Part shown: piece after piece, positions 25,081-36,428 of the stretch
How positions within the stretch are numbered: position 1 is the first letter of the stretch
Layout: the number at the start of each line of letters is the position of its first letter
DNA from: Octopus bimaculoides
Lineage: Eukaryota
Length of the DNA stretch: 64,000 nt
Direction of reading: 5' to 3'
Assembly: GCF_001194135.2 (NCBI RefSeq)
Contig: NC_068984.1
Location: 38,664,684-38,728,683, forward strand
Translations under genes and position numbers: made by a program
Notes under the pieces: generated by a model
Database searches by the model: none
What the model was told of the DNA's origin: nothing
Seen by the model: only the letters and a program-made list of their open reading frames with translations

Positions 25081-25590
25081 CATTATTTACATTTGACGGA
25101 TATTTGTCCTCATCTTATTTGATACTAACACGTTTCGGCTGATATACCCTCCAGCCTTCATCAGGTGTCTTGGGGAAATTTCGAACCTGGGTTCTCATTC
25201 CTAAGATATTTTTCGATGTTATTATTATTATTATTATTATTATTCAGGTCAGTGCTTGGAATCGAACTCGGAATCATGGGGTTAGTAGCCCGCGCTCTTA
25301 ACCACTACGCCATATGCCCGTGGAGTGAATTATGGAGTGAATTTTAGGGCTTATAAGTCTAATATTTTCCTATCCTTCCTTAATACCGGTTCCCATATGC
25401 TACTCATATCTACACTCGGTCTGCTAAGGAGGTTGTTGTGTCCTAGCATATGTGCTGCTAGTTTTCGTATTTTCCAGTAATGTTCTCTGTCTATTATTTT
25501 AACTTCATCCCACTGGGGGAGGTGGTCCGTCAAATGGATATAATGTATATAATGTACATAATTCCTCATCTCTTAAATATAGAACTGAAC
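25081..25590 (-). mobile_element. Penelope-like element fragment: GIY-YIG C-terminus + tRNA-like segment + (AAT)n + pLTR with decayed hammerhead, with an inverted terminal piece
   Basis: LPQWDEVKIIDREHYWKIRKLAAHMLGHNNLLSRPSVDMSSIWEPVLRK* (PLE endonuclease tail). GACAC-CTGATGA-A-GGCTG..CAGCC-GAAAC-GTGTT at 25169-25127. Inverted 20-mer at 25081-25100 vs 25526-25546. Confidence 0.72.
25244..25319 (-). pseudogene. tRNA-derived segment (Pol III A/B boxes), not an intact tRNA
   Basis: GGGCATATGGCGTAGTGGTTAAGAGCGCGGGCTACTAACCCCATGATTCCGAGTTCGATTCCAAG; T-stem and acceptor stem do not pair. Confidence 0.65.
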
Positions 25591-26170
25591 TCATAGTCAA
25601 GTTTAGGATTGTCTTTTTCACTAGCTTGCCGAAACTATCTGATATTAGTTGTCTACATTCTGAGTGTGCTTTATTTATGTCCATACTCGTTAAAAGAGAA
25701 AGAGAATGATGCAACGAATGAAACTGCTTTGGCTAGATATACGTTCCTACGTATACACATATAAATAGAGAGAAAACAAAAACTAAAAATCTTCAGACTA
25801 TGAATATTCATGCTTGTTAACATCACACCATCCCCCTTAAATTTTCTGTCGTTCTTAAGTGTGTAAGTTTGCTCTATTGATAATATAAATATCTATATAT
25901 CTATACATAAATATTCATCGTCTGGATATTTTCAGTGTTTGTTTTCTCACTATTTACATGTATGTCTGTATCTATATTTTGTATATCGAGCCCAAGCGGT
26001 TTCATTTATTTATTTGCATCATTGTCTCTATATCTGCTCACTTTAATTCCTCTTATAGCCACTCTTTACCCCGCGGACTTAGTCCTCAGTAAAGATTTCG
26101 GAGTGTAAGTTCAAATTATTTGAGCGCTACTGAGTATCTTCTATATTGGGCATCTCTGGATCTCATCTGT

Positions 26171-26226
<56 letters not shown>

Positions 26227-26305
26227 GATCTCTCTCCCTCTTTCTCTCTCTCTCCCTCTTTCTCTCTCTCTCCCTCTTTCTCTCTCTCTCTCTCTCTCTG
26301 TACAT

Positions 26306-26340
<35 letters not shown>

Positions 26341-26543
26341 TACACACACACATAAATATAATTAAATTAGGCAACTGTTTAATAATGTATCACCAAAAAG
26401 GAAAATTATAATTGTCGTTAAATATGACAGAAGGTGTTAGAACACCTACAATGCTAGAAATAATAGCTAAAGTGCGCTGGTGCTGCAGTCAATGGACATA
26501 ATTGTATACATACATACTGATAGCGACCGTAAATGGTCGAAAG

Positions 26544-26625
26544 TGGCGGTCATGATATCCCTGTACTGTCGACGGTTTCGAGTTTAAGAACGAAGCCTCA
26601 TCAGCAGGGTCGTCACAACTCACCA
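26544..26625 (-). ncRNA. Type I hammerhead ribozyme fold (slightly degenerate)
   Basis: Minus strand: CCCTG-CTGATGA-GGCTTCGTTCTTAAACTC-GAAA-CCGTCGACA-GTA^CAGGG. Core is intact with a GUA cleavage triplet. Stem I is 5 bp, then a CGA/ATA internal loop, a 7-bp helix GTTGTGA/TCATGAC and TGGTG/CGCCA. Stem II has a C.C mismatch and stem III a C.A mismatch with a UCGA loop. Confidence 0.75.
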
Positions 26626-26704
26626 GTTTCCGGACGAGATCACCAGCAGTATATATGTCTACTTCATAGAAATCTATGGGTCATTTAGTGAATCGCCAAT
26701 GTAT

Positions 26705-27089
26705 GTTGTTGTTGGCACTCCGTCGCTTACGACGTCGAGGGTTCCAGTTGATCCGATCAACGGAACAGCCTGCTCGTGAAATTAACGTGCAAGTGGCTGA
26801 GCACTCCACAGACATGTGTACCCTTAACGTAGTTCTCGGGGATATTCAACGTGACACAGTGTGACAAGGCTGACCCTTTGAATTACAGGCACAACAGAAA
26901 CAGGAAGTAAGAGTGAGAGAAAGTTGTGGTGGAAGAGTACAGCAGGGTTCGCCACCATCCCCTGCTGGAACTTCGTGGAGCTTTAGGTGTTTTCGCTCAA
27001 TAAATACTCACAACGCCCGGTCTGGGAATCGAAACCGCGATCTTATGACCGCGAGTCCGCTGCCCTAACCACTGGGCCATTGCGCCTCC
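26705..27089 (-). mobile_element. tRNA-derived SINE, family C, full length with TSD
   Basis: Head GGAGGCGCAATGGCCCAGTGGTTAGGG...GGTTTCGATTCCC (A/B boxes) and (CAA)n tail. TSD CGCCAATGTAT (26694-26704) / CGCCGATGTAT (27090-27100). The 3' half recurs at 58288-58605 and 60386-60621. Confidence 0.88.
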
Positions 27090-27293
27090 CGCCGATGTAT
27101 ACACAAATAATCAAATTAGGTAGCTGTTCAGCAATGTATCACCAAAAAGGAAAACTATAATTGTCATTAAATATGACAGATCGTTAGAACACCTACAATG
27201 CTAGAAATAAGAACTAAAATGCTCTGATGCTGCAGCCAACGCACATAATTGTATACATACATACTGACAGCGACCGTAAGCGTGAAACTAATA

Positions 27294-27323
<30 letters not shown>

Positions 27324-27327
<4 letters not shown>

Positions 27328-27500
27328 TTAGGGCGTTGCACTCCCGGCCACATGATCGTGCTTTCGATTCCTGGGCCGGGTGGTGCGTTGTGTTCTTGAG
27401 CAAAATCAAAACAAAAATCACTTCATTTTATGTTACTCTAGTCCACTTGGCTTTAAATAAGACAACGTGCGACGGAGTGGCGTCCCGTTCGGTTCTATAC
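27324..27500 (+). mobile_element. tRNA-head SINE with CORE-like motif, 5' part
   Basis: GTGGTTAGGGCGTTGCAC...TTCGATTCCTGGGCCGG..GCGTTGTGTTCTTGAGCAAAA..ACTTCATTT; same head type as 58605-58480 (minus). Confidence 0.6.
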
Positions 27501-27635
27501 ACAAGCTACACACGATAACTCAGTTAGCAGAGCGGAGGGCTAGAGCTGAATAATAGTAACCATCATTTTTAGCTCGATGGTTCGAATCCATCTTGCGAGA
27601 GAAGTAGTCTTTTTTTTTTAATGATTATTATTATT

Positions 27636-27853
27636 AAGGCAGCAAACTGGCAAAATCGTTAGCATGCTGGACGAAATGCTTGGCGGCATTTCGTGCGTCC
27701 TTACATTCTTAATTTGAATTCCACCAAAGTCGATTTTGCCTTTCATCCCTTTTGGGGTCGCTAAAATAAGTACCAGTTGAGTACTGGAGCCGATGTAATC
27801 GACTTACCTCCTCCTCCCGAACTTACCGGCCTTGTGCCAAAATTTTAAACCAA
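27636..27853 (+). mobile_element. SINE family A
   Basis: Full-length consensus match. Confidence 0.88.
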
Positions 27854-28147
27854 TAAGAATATAAAAAGACATATAGTTGAACGCTTATACTTTCATGCGT
27901 ACTTACACATCCTTACATGCATGCATACATACACATACATATGTATTTACATGCGTAAATGTAGTTACATAAATGCATATGTACACGCATACACTTACAA
28001 AACATTGTACTAAAACAAATACTTTAAACGGTGAAATTAATAATTTACAGTATAAGTATCGAGTTCTTACCACACTAGCTGTTCGTTACCTGTTATTTCA
28101 ATTACTAAGATGCACTGGCCTAACATGTAGTTAGTGAAAGTAGATAG

Positions 28148-28182
<35 letters not shown>

Positions 28183-28771
28183 AGAAAATTGAGTGTACAT
28201 GTAAAAGACGAAGACAAAGTCGGAGAAAAGGAATGAGCTACAGAGAGAGAGGGGGGAAGAGGGAAAGACAGCGGGAGGGATTTCAACTTACTAACATGAC
28301 GATGTGGTTAAAAACGTCACTTTACCCTGATTCCGAGTTCGATCCTACAGCGTTGTACCATGTGTCTTGAGAGTATATATATATATATATTTAATAAATT
28401 CAAAAAGGGATAAAACTCTTTTACAAGAATTTTATCAAGAAGCCAGAGTGTAAAAAAATTCATAAGGGAAATTTCTCTTCCCAAGAATATAATTATATGT
28501 TTATCAGTGTGTGGCATTATTATTCTGTAGTAATGCCCCTTATATAAATATAAACGTATAATTATATGAATATAAACGTANNNNNNNNNNNNNNNNNNNN
28601 NNNNNNNNNNNNNNNNNNNNNNNNNNNNNNNNNNNNNNNNNNNNNNNNNNNNNNNNNNNNNNNNNNNNNNNNNNNNNNNNNNNNNNNNNNNNNNNNNNNN
28701 NNNNNNNNNNNNNNNNNNNNNNNNNNNNNNNNNNNNNNNNNNNNNNNNNNNNNNNNNNNNNNNNNNNNNNN

Positions 28772-29802
28772 TCGTGTACCCTTCAACGTGTCGACATGCT
28801 AACCATTGAAGAACGTCCGTTTTTAGTTGAATGGGTGTTTCGAGCTGGAAGCAAATACACAGATACTGTGAAACAGAAGTTCAGGGAAACTTTTCCAAAT
28901 ACTGTTGTTCCACATTGTGACACTGTGCAGGATTTGATAAGAAAATTTAGAAACACAGGCTCAGTGGAAGACGCAGCAAGAAGCGGTAGGCCTACTGTTC
29001 TTTCAGACGAAACACTCTCCAATATTTCTGATAAACTGTTGGCAAGCCCGTCAAAGTCCTTACGCAAATTGTCACAGGAAACGGAAATCAGCCTAGAAAG
29101 TGCTCACACGGCAGTAAAAAAGTAATTAAATTTCTTTCCATACAAGAATTGAAGACTACGGATCATGCTAAAAGGCTTCATTATTGTCATTGGTTCCAAA
29201 ATTTTGTTGCCGAAAAAGGCATAGAAGTGCTGGATGGGTGTTTTTACACCGATGAGGCTTGGTTTCATCTGTCGGGACACATAAATTCACAAAACACACG
29301 GTTATGGAGCACTGAGAATCCACACGCGACGCATGAGCAACCACTGCATCCCGAAAAAGTTGCAATATGGATAGCAATTTCGGGAAAGCGTATTGTGGGA
29401 CCGATATATTTTAAAGACACCATCAACACTGAGAGATATTGCTCAAATATTGTATATCCATTTGTAGGACAACTCTCTGAAAGTGAAATTAATAATGCAT
29501 ACTTTCAGCAAATTGGAGCACATACTTCGCGCATCACCATGGCACTACTTCAAGGGTTTTTCGGTGAACGTATTATTTCGAAGGGACTTTGGCTACCAAG
29601 ATCACCTGATTTAACACCGTCAGACTTTTTTTTCTGGGGAGCAAGTAAAAGATCAGTGTACAAGAATCGCCCGAAAACCGTTAATGAACTAAAAGACGCA
29701 ATCATAACCTTCACACGTCCATACCGCGTCAGACTCTCCAAGACAGTTAGGCGATACAAGAAAGGCACAAAACATTCAGATAGACGATACAAAGAAAACA
29801 CG
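28772..29802 (+). pseudogene. IS630-Tc1-mariner transposase pseudogene (HTH N-terminus, DDD-type)
   Basis: MLTIEER...KFRNTGSVEDAARSGRP (HTH); FYTDEAWFHLSG, FQQIGAH (second Asp lost), WLPRSPDLTPSDFFFWG. Stop at 29123-29125 plus a frameshift. Both ends lie in or next to gaps, so TIRs are not visible. Confidence 0.92.
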
Positions 29803-31349
29803 NNNNNNNNNNNNNNNNNNNNNNNNNNNNNNNNNNNNNNNNNNNNNNNNNNNNNNNNNNNNNNNNNNNNNNNNNNNNNNNNNNNNNNNNNNNNNNNNNN
29901 NNNNNNNNNNNNNNNNNNNNNNNNNNNNNNNNNNNNNNNNNNNNNNNNNNNNNNNNNNNNNNNNNNNNNNNNNNNNNNNNNNNNNNNNNNNNNNNNNNNN
30001 NNNNNNNNNNNNNNNNNNNNNNNNNNNNNNNNNNNNNNNNNNNNNNNNNNNNNNNNNNNNNNNNNNNNNNNNNNNNNNNNNNNNNNNNNNNNNNNNNNNN
30101 NNNNNNNNNNNNNNNNNNNNNNNNNNNNNNNNNNNNNNNNNNNNNNNNNNNNNNNNNNNNNNNNNNNNNNNNNNNNNNNNNNNNNNNNNNNNNNNNNNNN
30201 NNNNNNNNNNNNNNNNNNNNNNNNNNNNNNNNNNNNNNNNNNNNNNNNNNNNNNNNNNNNNNNNNNNNNNNNNNNNNNNNNNNNNNNNNNNNNNNNNNNN
30301 NNNNNNNNNNNNNNNNNNNNNNNNNNNNNNNNNNNNNNNNNNNNNNNNNNNNNNNNNNNNNNNNNNNNNNNNNNNNNNNNNNNNNNNNNNNNNNNNNNNN
30401 NNNNNNNNNNNNNNNNNNNNNNNNNNNNNNNNNNNNNNNNNNNNNNNNNNNNNNNNNNNNNNNNNNNNNNNNNNNNNNNNNNNNNNNNNNNNNNNNNNNN
30501 NNNNNNNNNNNNNNNNNNNNNNNNNNNNNNNNNNNNNNNNNNNNNNNNNNNNNNNNNNNNNNNNNNNNNNNNNNNNNNNNNNNNNNNNNNNNNNNNNNNN
30601 NNNNNNNNNNNNNNNNNNNNNNNNNNNNNNNNNNNNNNNTATATATATATATATATATATATATATGACGAAGGCTTTCTATCCAAGAGAGGTTTTTCAC
30701 CCCAATAGTATATGCTATTAATTATGGCTTTGTATATGCTTAGAGGTTCAGTTTCAAACTTTTTCTTTACATTCCTTTTTTATATCCTTTTCATAATCAT
30801 TCTCCCCACCCCCTGTTGCCACTCTCCTTTTTCAATAATCACGTGCTTTTTATATATTTCTTTAAATCATTATACTCTCTTCCACTCAGCATTTTTACAT
30901 ACCCTTTCACACATACAGTATATTTTTTGTACTTGTTATTCTCCACCTTTAACTACTTTGTATCTTTTCGTCTACCTTTACTTGCTTTATTTTTTGTCTT
31001 ACTACACCGTTTTCTTCACTGTTTAACTCCACTCACCCCACCTAGCTACCTGCACTCCACACCGTTCACTCCTCTCATGTCCATCTCCTTACACAGATAC
31101 TCTCCTTTATATGCATACAATTTCTGCTTCTTCCTATCTTCTTAACTCCACCCTATAAAACCGCATTCACACCCGGCCCGTAACATTTTTCTCTCCCTTC
31201 CTTCCTTTCAACCACCCTTCGCTTTTTTCGCTTTTTTTTTTTTTCTAATTAGGGACTCTATGTCCGAAATATCAAAGACCCTTTCTCCATTTTCTTTTCA
31301 AGTGTGAAACTAATAATACTTTTGCGAAAACTTGTCCCTCTTGTAATTT

Positions 31350-31730
31350 TCAACCATGTGGTTTCAGTTGCGCGGCTCCTTAGACAAGTATCTTCTACTA
31401 TAATCCTGAGCTGAATAATGCCTTGTGAGTGAATTTGGTAGACGGAAACTGTGTGGAAGCCTGTCATGTATATGTGTGTATATGTATCTATGAGTGTGTG
31501 TGTATGTATATGTGTGTGTTTGCATGTGTGTTTGTGTTTGTATGCCACGGCTTGACAAATGGTATTGGTTTGTTTGCGTCTTTCTGACTTAGCAGTTCGG
31601 CAAAAGTTATAGATGTAATAAATACAAGACATCAAAAATTTTTACACTAGGATCGATTAATTTGACTAAATTTTACGAGGCGGTGCCCCAGCGTGGTCGC
31701 TGTCCAATGACTGAAACAAGTAAGAGAATA
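31350..31730 (+). mobile_element. SINE family B with internal (TG/TA)n tract
   Basis: ...CCTTGTGAGTGAATTTGGTAGACGGAAACTG..GAAGCC [microsatellite] ...GTTCGGCAAAAG...AATGACTGAAACAAGTAA; same as 38319-38655 and 59315-59682. Confidence 0.75.
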
Positions 31731-32699
31731 AACGGATACAAGAATACAAACACGCGAAAATGCCTCCTACATATGTACACAACATGGCTTTAAATGAACA
31801 GATAAACGAACACAGCGAATGAAATGAGGCGAGAGCATGACTGATCTCGAAAACAGTGGGGGGTAAAGAACGTAACTCATGACATATCATTCAGCGAATA
31901 AATAGGCGAGAGCAACAGTTAAAGGGATTACTATGAAGGATAAAGTCGTACACTGAAGTGTGCCGGGTAAGGGATGGAGAGAGTGAAATATGATCTACAT
32001 AAAATGTTTATATTTTATTCATTTATACAATGGCAGACCAGTTTCAAAGTAGCAGAAGGTTGTCACGCTCCAGTAGAATGGGACAAAAAATGTTATGTAC
32101 GTTTGTATGCAAGCTTGTGTAATACACACACACAATGTACCAATACAGCTTAGTTTAAAACGTATATGAAAATCGTATACAATATGTTTAATAAACATTA
32201 AGCCTTGATGTGAAAGCTGTGATACACATGCATAACACACATTGATATGTACATTGGTATGTACATATATGTAATATGCATATATACTCACACACTCACA
32301 CATATATAAATATATATTTACATATATACATAAGTACACATACATACATACATACATACATACATACATACATACATACATACATACATACATACATCTT
32401 ATTTGGTGTTGCCTCAAAATCGAGAATACTTTCAAAGTTTTCCTCTCACTCCTCATTCCTCAATGTAGGTGAGGCAAACATTTTTCATAGCTTTCCCTTC
32501 CAAAGCTTGACATGAACTTCAGTTCACAGACCCTACACTGAAACCGCAGGGGCAGATTTTCTTTCCTTTTTTTTTTTTTTTTTTTTTTAAGATGTTGCCA
32601 ACCTTTTTCCTACGATCTGGCTGTTTTATCTTTTGATTTTATCTTTTTTCTTCGGCTTCTTGGCATCGAACAAATGTCTTCTCTACATGCTCACCTCTG

Positions 32700-33000
32700 C
32701 TTCTTACTGTCTTCCGCAACATCTTTCTAGTTGTCAAGTAAGGTGTTAAACAATGGCATGTCTTAATTGAATGACCGAAGTCTCCCATCCTTTGGAATGA
32801 TGTCTTTCAATGCTGACGTAGATGCTCATGGAATACTAGCAAGAACAAAAACTTTTTGTCCACGTGAATATTTCATTGTTTATAACAAACTCATCACGTT
32901 TGATGTCCAAAATATGAAACCTCTCCAGCCGACATATTTGATTTTGATTCACTGGCCACAATTTGCTCCATTTTCTTGCGCAATTCATATTGTATTCTTT
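32700..33000 (-). mobile_element. Possible RTE-like LINE 3' remnant
   Basis: Minus frame ...EVSYFGHQT... resembles the L.YFGHI.R motif; heavily decayed. Confidence 0.28.
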
Positions 33001-33060
33001 CCGTTATGCGTATTTTTTAACCTCCCATTCTCACTGACTCACACACGTACTTCATTATTT

Positions 33061-33134
<74 letters not shown>

Positions 33135-33184
33135 TCACATACATGCACACACACACAAACACAAACGCATATACACACACACAG

Positions 33185-33377
33185 AAGAAATCGCTACCTC
33201 TAAACCCTACAAAACCCGGCGTCCGTTCAGTAGGGAGTGTCGTGATCTTGGTCATCTATACGCCATGGAAACCAGGTTACCGGCCTTATGAGTCTTAGCT
33301 CTCAAGAAAAAGAAACATTTACATAACAGTGCAATCGTTGGCAATATGAATGTATTAATTACTAGTTTCTAACATAA
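33185..33377 (+). repeat. ~190-bp direct repeat, copy 1
   Basis: Matches 38769-38962 with ~9 differences and a 101-nt identical core. Confidence 0.95.
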
Positions 33378-34412
33378 CCCGAAATATTGGATGCAAGGTA
33401 AGTCTACAGTAATTCATATATTTGTTTTCTTGTGATTTGCCTTGCATTTACTTCGCATTGTTCTGGCCTTACCCACGATCCTTTATACGGTTTATATATA
33501 TATATATATATAAACATATATATATATATATATATATATATANNNNNNNNNNNNNNNNNNNNNNNNNNNNNNNNNNNNNNNNNNNNNNNNNNNNNNNNNN
33601 NNNNNNNNNNNNNNNNNNNNNNNNNNNNNNNNNNNNNNNNNNNNNNNNNNNNNNNNNNNNNNNNNNNNNNNNNNNNNNNNNNNNNNNNNNNNNNNNNNNN
33701 NNNNNNNNNNNNNNNNNNNNNNNNNNNNNNNNNNNNNNNNNNNNNNNNNNNNNNNNNNNNNNNNNNNNNNNNNNNNNNNNNNNNNNNNNNNNNNNNNNNN
33801 NNNNNNNNNNNNNNNNNNNNNNNNNNNNNNNNNNNNNNNNNNNNNNNNNNNNNNNNNNNNNNNNNNNNNNNNNNNNNNNNNNNNNNNNNNNNNNNNNNNN
33901 NNNNNNNNNNNNNNNNNNNNNNNNNNNNNNNNNNNNNNNNNNNNNNNNNNNNNNNNNNNNNNNNNNNNNNNNNNNNNNNNNNNNNNNNNNNNNNNNNNNN
34001 NNNNNNNNNNNNNNNNNNNNNNNNNNNNNNNNNNNNNNNNNNNNNNNNNNNNNNNNNNNNNNNNNNNNNNNNNNNNNNNNNNNNNNNNNNNNNNNNNNNN
34101 NNNNNNNNNNNNNNNNNNNNNNNNNNNNNNNNNNNNNNNNNNNNNNNNNNNNNNNNNNNNNNNNNNNNNNNNNNNNNNNNNNNNNNNNNNNNNNNNNNNN
34201 NNNNNNNNNNNNNNNNNNNNNNNNNNNNNNNNNNNNNNNNNNNNNNNNNNNNNNNNNNNNNNNNNNNNNNNNNNNNNNNNNNNNNNNNNNNNNNNNNNNN
34301 NNNNNNNNNNNNNNNNNNNNNNNNNNNNNNNNNNNNNNNNNNNNNNNNNNNNNNNNNNNNNNNNNNNNNNNNNNNNNNNNNNNNNNNNNNNNNNNNNNNN
34401 NNNNNNNNNNNN

Positions 34413-34519
34413 TAATTCTAACGAGTTGTCATCATCTAAATTCCTATAATAGAGTTTTGTTTCACAAAGAAACAAAACTCTATTATAGGAATTTAGATGA
34501 TGACAACTCGTTAGAATTA
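34413..34519. repeat. Perfect 51-bp inverted repeat with 5-nt spacer
   Basis: 34413-34463 is the exact reverse complement of 34469-34519; spacer ACAAA; left arm abuts a gap. Confidence 0.96.
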
Positions 34520-34642
34520 CATGTTTGTATATTTTTAACGCTTCGCTTACAGATTAAATTTGCAGAACTCGTATTAAGTGTCTCTTTTCTTTACACAAGA
34601 AGCCAGACTAATAAAGCTAGCTGCTTACGGTATTTACTGTTT

Positions 34643-34860
34643 AAGGCGACAAGCTAGCAGAATCGTTACCGCGTAGGACAACATGCTAAGCAGTATTTTT
34701 TCACGCTCTTTATGTTCAGAGTTCAAGTATCGTCGAGGTGCAATTTGCCTTTCATCCTTTTGGGGCTGATAAAATAACTACCTGTCGAACACTGGCAGTC
34801 GACGTAATCGACCTGCCATCCCCTTCAAAAATTGCTAACCTTGCACTAAAACTAGAAAAG
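34643..34860 (+). mobile_element. SINE family A
   Basis: Diverged full-length copy. Confidence 0.82.
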
Positions 34861-35569
34861 AATGTATTCATTGTTTCTCTGCCTACCATCTTTTCTTATT
34901 TGTATATTTTATTTCTTCTTGAAATGCTGCTTATTCTCTAAATTAAATAAGTATGTTTGTATGCAAACATGTATGACCGCATATATGTATGCAAACATGT
35001 ATGACCGCATATATGTATGCATACATGCATTCATGCATTTGTATCTTTTATCCACTCATTCTTTACTGGAAGAATTTGAAATGAAAAGTATTGTGTATGT
35101 CAACAAACATACAACACACAGCAAAGGAGCATGGTACCAAAAGCAAGTTTCTTCAAACCCCACATAATGATATTTTACAAAGGCACAAGACAAAATTTGT
35201 AGTGGGTGAAGGAATATCGATTATATCGATCCTAGTACTTGACTGGTACGTTATGTCTCTCGCCTGAGAATAACTTCATCCGTTGATATGCAGCTTCGTA
35301 ATGCAGCAACCAATGACTCGAAGTCTCTCTCTCTCTCTCTCCTTATTAGTCTCGAAGGTCCTACAGTGCTCATAGGTATTTCCTTCCTTTCTCTGACTAA
35401 CCTATAACAAAACAAGGAAAGCTGTTTCGGTTACGACTAAGTTGAAAGCCGTCTTATCCGAGTTCGTTTCACCTTGTCTCCCTTGCCCCAAAAAGTGCAA
35501 TTACTTCCTATAGTCCGCTCCTCTCAAATATAAATAAAAAGATATGCAACTCACTCAGAAGGTTGTTGT

Positions 35570-35762
35570 TGTTGTTTAATTCCAAATCAGCCCTAATCGT
35601 GCTAACGTTTTATGAAAGGCATTCCAACTGTGGCAGTCAGGCACTTTTAGTCGTATCTAGGACTACACTGGCCAATGTGCCGTTTTCCGTTTTAGGACAA
35701 TGGAGTATTATTATTATGCAGGAGATTTGGTTGACATTTTTAGTTGGCTCGTCACGCTAGAG
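35570..35762 (-). mobile_element. Short interspersed repeat family D (representative copy; (AAC)n-tailed in minus orientation)
   Basis: Shared GGAGATTTGG.TGC..TTTCTAG..GGTCG and AAAGGCATTCCAGC motifs also seen at ~5525-5600 + 6355-6445, 18510-18700, 37500-37670, 40455-40620, 54715-54880 and 62255-62410. Confidence 0.55.
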
Positions 35763-36066
35763 ATAAATAAGTCTGGCATTCTTATTTAGAAAAAGAACTG
35801 TCTCTTAATCTTTTATAGCTGTGAAAGTTGGAATAACTTCCCGTACATCTAATGAACTACAGAAGACATTATACAAAGTCCTGGTGGTATATCCAAGAGA
35901 ATTCATGGTTGAAAGATCCTGCTCAAATTAAGTTCAATCAACGGTACACATCAAAACCAATACCCACACACCTCAATCAAGACTTCTCAAAAACTTCCAG
36001 CATTCCCTATCCATTCATCTCCATGAATACTTTTCTCACAGTTCATAGCCTATTTATGTATTAAAT

Positions 36067-36428
36067 ATTGGTTTCAAAATTTTGGCACAAGGCTAGCAAT
36101 TTCGAGGAAAGGCCTAAGACGATTAAATAGACCCTAGTGCTCAACTGGTACTTATTTTGTCGATCCCTCAAGGATGAAAGGCAAAGTCGACCCCGGCAGC
36201 ATTTGAACCCAGAAATAATGGTTTCAAATTTTGGCACAAGACCAGCAATTTCGGGGACAAGTTGATTATATCGATCTCAGTGATTAACTGGTGCTTATTT
36301 TATTGACACCGAAAGGATGAAAGGCAAAGTCGACCTCGGTGGAATTTGAACTCTGAACATAAAGACAAACGAAATGCTACTAAGCATTTTGCCCGGCGTG
36401 CTAATGATTCTTCCAGCTCACCGCCTTG
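36067..36428 (-). mobile_element. Two tandem SINE family A copies (36067-36212 partial; 36217-36428 full)
   Basis: Head-to-tail reverse-consensus matches. Confidence 0.88.

Larger units (their letters stand above)
26350..27279 (-). mobile_element. Retrozyme-like element: ~1.5 tandem copies of a ~355-nt hammerhead-containing unit, interrupted by a SINE
   Basis: Direct repeats ~26350-26532 and ~27101-27279 (~85% identical by eye) flank a unique segment carrying the hammerhead. The intervening SINE (26705-27089) has its own 11-bp TSD, so it inserted later. Confidence 0.55.
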
